Shown: positions 60,701 through 64,000 of the stretch, in pieces
How the letters are laid out: each line of letters begins with the position of its first letter
Numbering within the stretch: the first letter of the stretch is position 1
Assembly (NCBI RefSeq): GCF_006345805.1
Contig: NC_043014.1
Coordinates: 48,670,001 to 48,734,000 of the forward strand
Reading direction: 5' to 3'
Origin: Octopus sinensis
Lineage: Eukaryota
Length of the DNA stretch: 64,000 nt
Notes under the pieces: model-generated
What the model was told of the DNA's origin: nothing
The model's input: only the letters and a program-made list of their open reading frames with translations
Databases searched by the model: none
Program-made: the position numbers and the translations under genes

Positions 60701-63047
60701 TTAAGTTGGAATGAGTTCTGCAAAGAGAATTCCTGTCCATCTATTGTTCCTATATTTTTGATACTGAAAAAAAAAGTTAATATCCATCCATTTTCTCTGC
60801 TTACTTTTCTTTGGAGAGTCATTGGGATAGAGTTCTCAGGCACATCTCCAAAGGGTCCAATCAGAAGCGATTATTATTAAACATTCCTGCTGGATTCCCA
60901 AGTGTGACCAAATGAGTCTACGGATATTATCCAATCATCTTGTTCTTGATTTACCCTTAGAATCTCCTGCCAGTTGGCTCAGCTTGAAGAATCTGGTCTT
61001 GTGATTCTTTCCTGTAATATTCCAATCACATGTCTGTAGTACTGGATGTGTGGCCTCTCAGTGCAGAGATGTGGTTGCTTGATCTGGAAAGACTCCCTGA
61101 TCTGCAAGCTATACACTGTCGAGTAACATTACTCCAGAGGTCCTTTGGAGGAACTCCATTTTGGTCACTTGTATTCTCGACCATAGGGTAAAGGATAAAG
61201 ACCTCCTTTGGTCAGGAATGATGATGGGATTGCACCTAGAAAGTTACCCTCTGAGGCTCAATTCCAGGCAAGGTTGTTTGTGGAAGACCAGCAGTCGCCC
61301 ATGCATACCAGTCTCCACTCTCCATGCCACCCTTGTTGTTCAAGAGAAAAGGCAAAGACCGATACAGCTTGGTGCCAGTGATGTTGCAGCTCATTTCTAC
61401 AGCTGAGTGAACTGGAGCAACGTGAAATAAAGTGTCTTGCTCAAGAACACAACACACAGCCTGGTCAAGGAATTGAACTCACTAGCTCATGATTGTAAGC
61501 CTGACAATCTAAGCCTAACCACTGAGCCATGCCTCTGTCATTACCCAACATTCATAACCATAGGTGAGGATGGGCATAAAAACCAAATCAAAGAATGTTA
61601 TTTTTTATCTCTTGTTGTCTGAGAACCAAATGTTAAAAGTGCTGCGTTATAGTACCAGTAATTCTAGCATCCAAGTCAATATTAAAAATATAAAGAGTGC
61701 AGAAAATGAAAATGGAGAATTTGTTGGCATTTCTTTGTGAGAACTATTGCATTTGGATATTGCAATACAAATGTAGTAAGATTTTCCAATTTTGTAAAAT
61801 TTTGTAATTTTGTGTATTTTTGAAAATTTATTTTCACAAAATTCTTTTTACAGTAAATTTTTATTCTTTCAAATTTTCCAGATCTTTCTGTGGCAGGTGA
61901 TGCTTGCTCTATTACAACAGGTTAGTGTTTACCTTACTATCATGGTTAAACTTGTATCTACATAGTGCTGTAAACACTCCTTTTACCACATTAATTACCC
62001 TGTGCACGTAAGCGAAAGCAGGGTATTGTAATCACTTGTCTTTGTCTGTGTGTTTGCAAAATTACTGGAAAATGGCTGAATGGATTTTCACTAAATTTGG
62101 CAGAAACATTCATTGGGTGAGTGACTCGAAATGATGAAAATTTGGTTTGATCATCTTCAAACAATCATAAATACATACGTACATAAGCAACTCTGTGTGT
62201 TTGTGTGTGTGTACAGTGATGGATTCGAGGGTTTCGTTTATTTATGAATTGATATCTTAATTTTACTGGAGTTTGATATCTTAATTTTACTGGAGTATAA
62301 ATACCTATAATGGTGATACTTAAAAAGAAAATTAAAAACTTTTACCTTATAACCGCAAAAAATAACAAGGTAAAAGTTTTTAATTTTCATTCCCTTTGAA
62401 AATTGCTATTAAATGTGGTTTTGGTCGTTTTGACTGCTTCTTTTAGCATGTAAAAATTACCTGTTAAAGGTAGTTTTCTCTTGTGATTAAATGTACACTA
62501 TTTTATATTACATATATATATATAGCCTAAAATAGGTCTAACTTCTAATGGACTAAAACATGAAGTGCAATTGGGGGTCCTTAATTTCAGTGTTTTAGTG
62601 TCAGCATGGAAGGGGACATTCGTATTTTGAAAATTAGATTTGCTGATTGGTCAAAATTGATGTCAGTTTGAAATGAGGACACTAAATATATCCTGGAAAA
62701 GGGGTTAACTTTCAAGGTAGCAGAGATGAACTAGGTCTAAACAACAAGAAAGGACACATCAGATAATGCAATCCTATGTAAACTGTCAATCCTATGTAAA
62801 CTGTGTCTGCAGAGAAGAGAGGATGATCAGAACTAGAATACCTTTGCTGGATCAAGCCTTACCTGGGGCTAAACAATGTCAACAATAGTAAAATGAGTTT
62901 TATTGATCTTTTGTAAAATGGGTTCAGATTCTAATATTAATTCCTTCTTATTTCTTCCAGTGGTTGGAGCCAATTGTCCGAAATTCTATGAAGCCACTTG
63001 CTGAAATGGATGTAAAAAGGTCTGTTGAAAGACTTCTAAAATTAGCC
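29695..63047 (+). CDS. DGAT1: Diacylglycerol O-acyltransferase 1 (MBOAT family), spliced gene, 3'-incomplete (11 coding exons in window)
   Basis: Exons join in frame at GT-AG sites. Translation includes [86 protein letters not shown] and [17 protein letters not shown], all DGAT1 hallmarks. Exon sizes 88/41/86/53/104/39 match those I recall for mammalian DGAT1. Confidence 0.96.
31070..31258 (+). mobile_element. SINE family B, 5'-truncated
   Basis: Family B consensus from the B-box region to the aataaagaaa tail. Confidence 0.85.
32690..33545. repeat. Cryptic purine/pyrimidine-alternating satellite (gtatgcatgcgtgttaatgtgtgtgtgc)
   Basis: Direct inspection; source of the His/Thr and Cys/Val pseudo-ORFs. 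Confidence 0.92.
33850..34115 (+). mobile_element. Degraded RTE-like LINE C-terminal fragment
   Basis: Frameshifted ..[23 protein letters not shown].. resembling RTE ORF ends. Confidence 0.45.
35722..36334. mobile_element. pogo/Tigger-like TIR element remnant
   Basis: Inverted ends taccatatt..tcgaatttttcagaccaaaatttacag / ctgtaaattttggtctgaaaatttcga..atatggta. Confidence 0.55.
36349..36755 (+). mobile_element. SINE family A, full length
   Basis: Family A consensus. Confidence 0.9.
38417..38648 (+). mobile_element. SINE family B, full length with TSD
   Basis: 13-bp TSD ggtatttatttta at 38403-38415 and 38649-38661. Confidence 0.9.
39007..39423 (+). mobile_element. SINE family A, full length, diverged
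   Basis: Family A consensus. Confidence 0.85.
40612..40935. repeat. (CT)n-rich minisatellite (ccatgctctctctccctctctctt)
   Basis: Direct inspection, upstream of the DGAT1 exon 2 acceptor. Confidence 0.92.
41045..41132 (+). CDS. DGAT1: DGAT1 exon 2
   Basis: 88 nt, acceptor ttcccacag, donor CTT|GTAAGT; [29 protein letters not shown]. Confidence 0.96.
41290..41880. repeat. 26-bp GC-rich minisatellite (catgggcgctttacatgtggcgccag)
   Basis: Clear 26-bp periodicity at 41398-41620, degenerate on both sides. Confidence 0.9.
42300..42945. repeat. Cryptic CA-rich satellite (gcacacatgcaaacatttgtgt)
   Basis: Direct inspection. Confidence 0.9.
43924..44395 (+). repeat. About 157-bp unit repeated three times, leading into a family C tail
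   Basis: ctttgaatgttgg-like starts at 43924, 44080 and about 44238. Confidence 0.85.
44905..44945 (+). CDS. DGAT1: DGAT1 exon 3
   Basis: 41 nt, acceptor ctgttttag, donor AA|GTGAGT; [14 protein letters not shown]. Confidence 0.93.
45582..45667 (+). CDS. DGAT1: DGAT1 exon 4
   Basis: 86 nt, acceptor atttcag, donor T|GTAAGT; [28 protein letters not shown]. Confidence 0.94.
45700..46800 (+). mobile_element. Head-to-tail cluster of about 5 diverged family-B-related SINEs with (ATT)n tails
   Basis: Repeated gagctggcagaa..gagttcaaattc..gataaattaagtacc..caggccttgtgcct..ggattattatt units, all plus strand, in DGAT1 intron 4. Confidence 0.8.
46841..47253 (+). mobile_element. SINE family B dimer with 21-bp TSD
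   Basis: Junction aagaaata|ggtatttt at 47069/47070; TSD tatattatcattctgtgtgtg. Confidence 0.9.
47477..47529 (+). CDS. DGAT1: DGAT1 exon 5
   Basis: 53 nt, acceptor ttctttgacag, donor AAG|GTAAGT; [17 protein letters not shown]. Confidence 0.9.
47809..48219. mobile_element. MULE-like MITE with 9-bp TSD, nested in a SINE
   Basis: TIR ggat(t/c)ttttcggtttgaacggcagttttt; TSD gaagtcctg at 47800 and 48220. Confidence 0.85.
49299..49401 (+). CDS. DGAT1: DGAT1 exon 6
   Basis: 103 nt, acceptor ttctttccag, donor G|GTAAGT; [34 protein letters not shown]. Confidence 0.92.
50594..50830 (-). mobile_element. SINE family B, full length
   Basis: Family B consensus, minus orientation. Confidence 0.85.
53285..53425 (+). 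CDS. DGAT1: DGAT1 exon 7
   Basis: 141 nt, acceptor gtcgtttcag, donor G|GTACGT; [46 protein letters not shown]. Confidence 0.93.
53435..53610 (+). mobile_element. Helitron-like 5' fragment
   Basis: TCTATTATATAAAATCC followed by a (tgtc)n/(tg)n motif as in the other copies; no 3' end seen. Confidence 0.45.
53684..53902. mobile_element. piggyBac-like MITE
   Basis: TTAA|CCCTTTAG ... CTAAAGGG|TTAA; degenerate relatives at about 8201-8375 and 3400. Confidence 0.75.
54917..55300 (-). mobile_element. SINE family A
   Basis: Family A consensus with a small internal deletion. Confidence 0.88.
56567..56931 (-). mobile_element. Non-autonomous Helitron-like element
   Basis: Minus strand starts TCTCTATATACATAAACGG and ends in the hairpin actagcagtatgacctggcgttaccgggtcatagtgCTAG. 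Confidence 0.6.
57394..57465 (+). CDS. DGAT1: DGAT1 exon 8
   Basis: 72 nt, acceptor ctttctccag, donor G|GTGAGT; [23 protein letters not shown]. Confidence 0.92.
57545..58260. repeat. About 31-bp minisatellite (tcttctagtcctagttgttgaccccacctca)
   Basis: Direct inspection. Confidence 0.9.
59845..59948 (+). CDS. DGAT1: DGAT1 exon 9
   Basis: 104 nt, acceptor tatttctag, donor ATG|GTAAGT; [35 protein letters not shown]. Confidence 0.97.
60830..61150 (-). mobile_element. Degraded RTE LINE C-terminal fragment
   Basis: Minus strand ..[27 protein letters not shown]..; related copies at about 51190-51500 and 39500-39665. Confidence 0.6.
61882..61920 (+). CDS. DGAT1: DGAT1 exon 10
   Basis: 39 nt, acceptor ttttccag, donor CAG|GTTAGT; [13 protein letters not shown]. 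Confidence 0.92.
62961..63047 (+). CDS. DGAT1: DGAT1 exon 11
   Basis: 87 nt, acceptor tttcttccag, donor GCC|GTAAGT; [29 protein letters not shown]. Confidence 0.95.
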
Positions 63048-63734
63048 GTAAGTAATTCTAATTCTGTCAATACCAAACTCATTGTTACATAAATCTAGTT
63101 CTTGTGTTTATACTAAATTTTCACTAAAATATATCAAAACAGCTAAAACTGCCTTTTTTTTATGGTGGGTTTTTTAACCCTTTCATTGTAAAATTACATT
63201 TCATGGTTATTTCTGTAATGATGTTAAATATCTACCAAAAAATAGAATTGGTATTTTTTGCTAGTTACGGTGCCTCAGTGAACTTGAGATATCTCAACAG
63301 AAAATAGTTTCAAACTTGACATTCCTCAACTGGTTCATGTCTATTGCTTGGCACCTTGGGCAAGTGTCTTCTACTATAGCCATGAGCTGATAAAAACCTT
63401 GTGAGTAGATTTGGTAGATGGAAACTGAAAGAAGCTTGTTGTAAATGTGTGTGTGTGTGTATGTGAAGTGTGTCTTGACTTGACCTTGCATGATTGTTGT
63501 AAATGAGTGTCACTGTCATACAAGCAGTGTCATTTGTTTCCAGTCTTCTGTCAGAACATGTTTGGCCCTGAGGGAATTGCTCCTTACTTGGAAACAGGTG
63601 TGAGTTGGCAACAGGAAGGGCAACCAGCTGTAAAAAAAATCTGCCTCAACAAACAATACCTGATCTATGCAGCATGGAAAAGTGGATTTTCACATAATGA
63701 TGATGAGGATGATCAACAATGGGTTTTCTTTTAG

Positions 63735-64000
63735 TTCCTTAACTCTTTACTGCCCACACGGGGCTACACACAGAGGGTCAAACAAGAACAGACGAATGGA
63801 TTAAATCAATTATTATGACCCCAGTACGTAACAGGTACTTATTTAATTGACCCCAAAAGAATGAAAGGCAAAGTCAACCGTGGTGGAATTTGAACTCAGA
63901 ACATAGCGGCAGATGAAATATCTATTTCTTTACTACCCACAAGGGGCTACACACAGAGGGGACAAACAAGGACAGACAAATGGATTAAGTCGATTATATT
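63735..64000 (-). mobile_element. SINE family B multimer, runs off the window
   Basis: Junction gaaatatc|tatttcttt near 63922. Confidence 0.8.

Overview
AT-rich, repeat-dense eukaryotic genomic DNA. The SINE, RTE and CR1 repeat content looks like an octopus (coleoid cephalopod) genome; that assignment is an inference. Two spliced protein-coding genes diverge head-to-head with about 10 kb between their start codons. (1) A TBC1D20-like Rab GAP on the minus strand: 7 coding exons traced by hand from ATG 19688 down to 2183, with intact Arg-finger (DVERS) and Gln-finger (YYQG) motifs. Its remaining 3' exons were not found and probably lie left of the window. (2) DGAT1 on the plus strand: 11 coding exons from ATG 29695 to 63047, continuing past the right edge. 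All junctions are GT-AG and phase-compatible. Almost every ORF in the supplied track is a repeat or microsatellite artefact. The rest of the window is SINEs, LINE fragments (RTE, CR1), Helitron-like elements, TIR MITEs (MULE-, hAT-, piggyBac-, mariner/pogo-like) and mini/microsatellites. No rRNA, bona fide tRNA gene or CRISPR array is supported. The most interesting signals are in the mobile DNA: SINE concatemers with one fixed junction plus a matching GGTATT target preference (possible self-targeting), a candidate minimal hammerhead-ribozyme variant, a Bov-A-like bipartite RTE derivative with intact TSD, SINE heterodimers inside single TSDs, and TIR elements carrying TTAGGG-like motifs.
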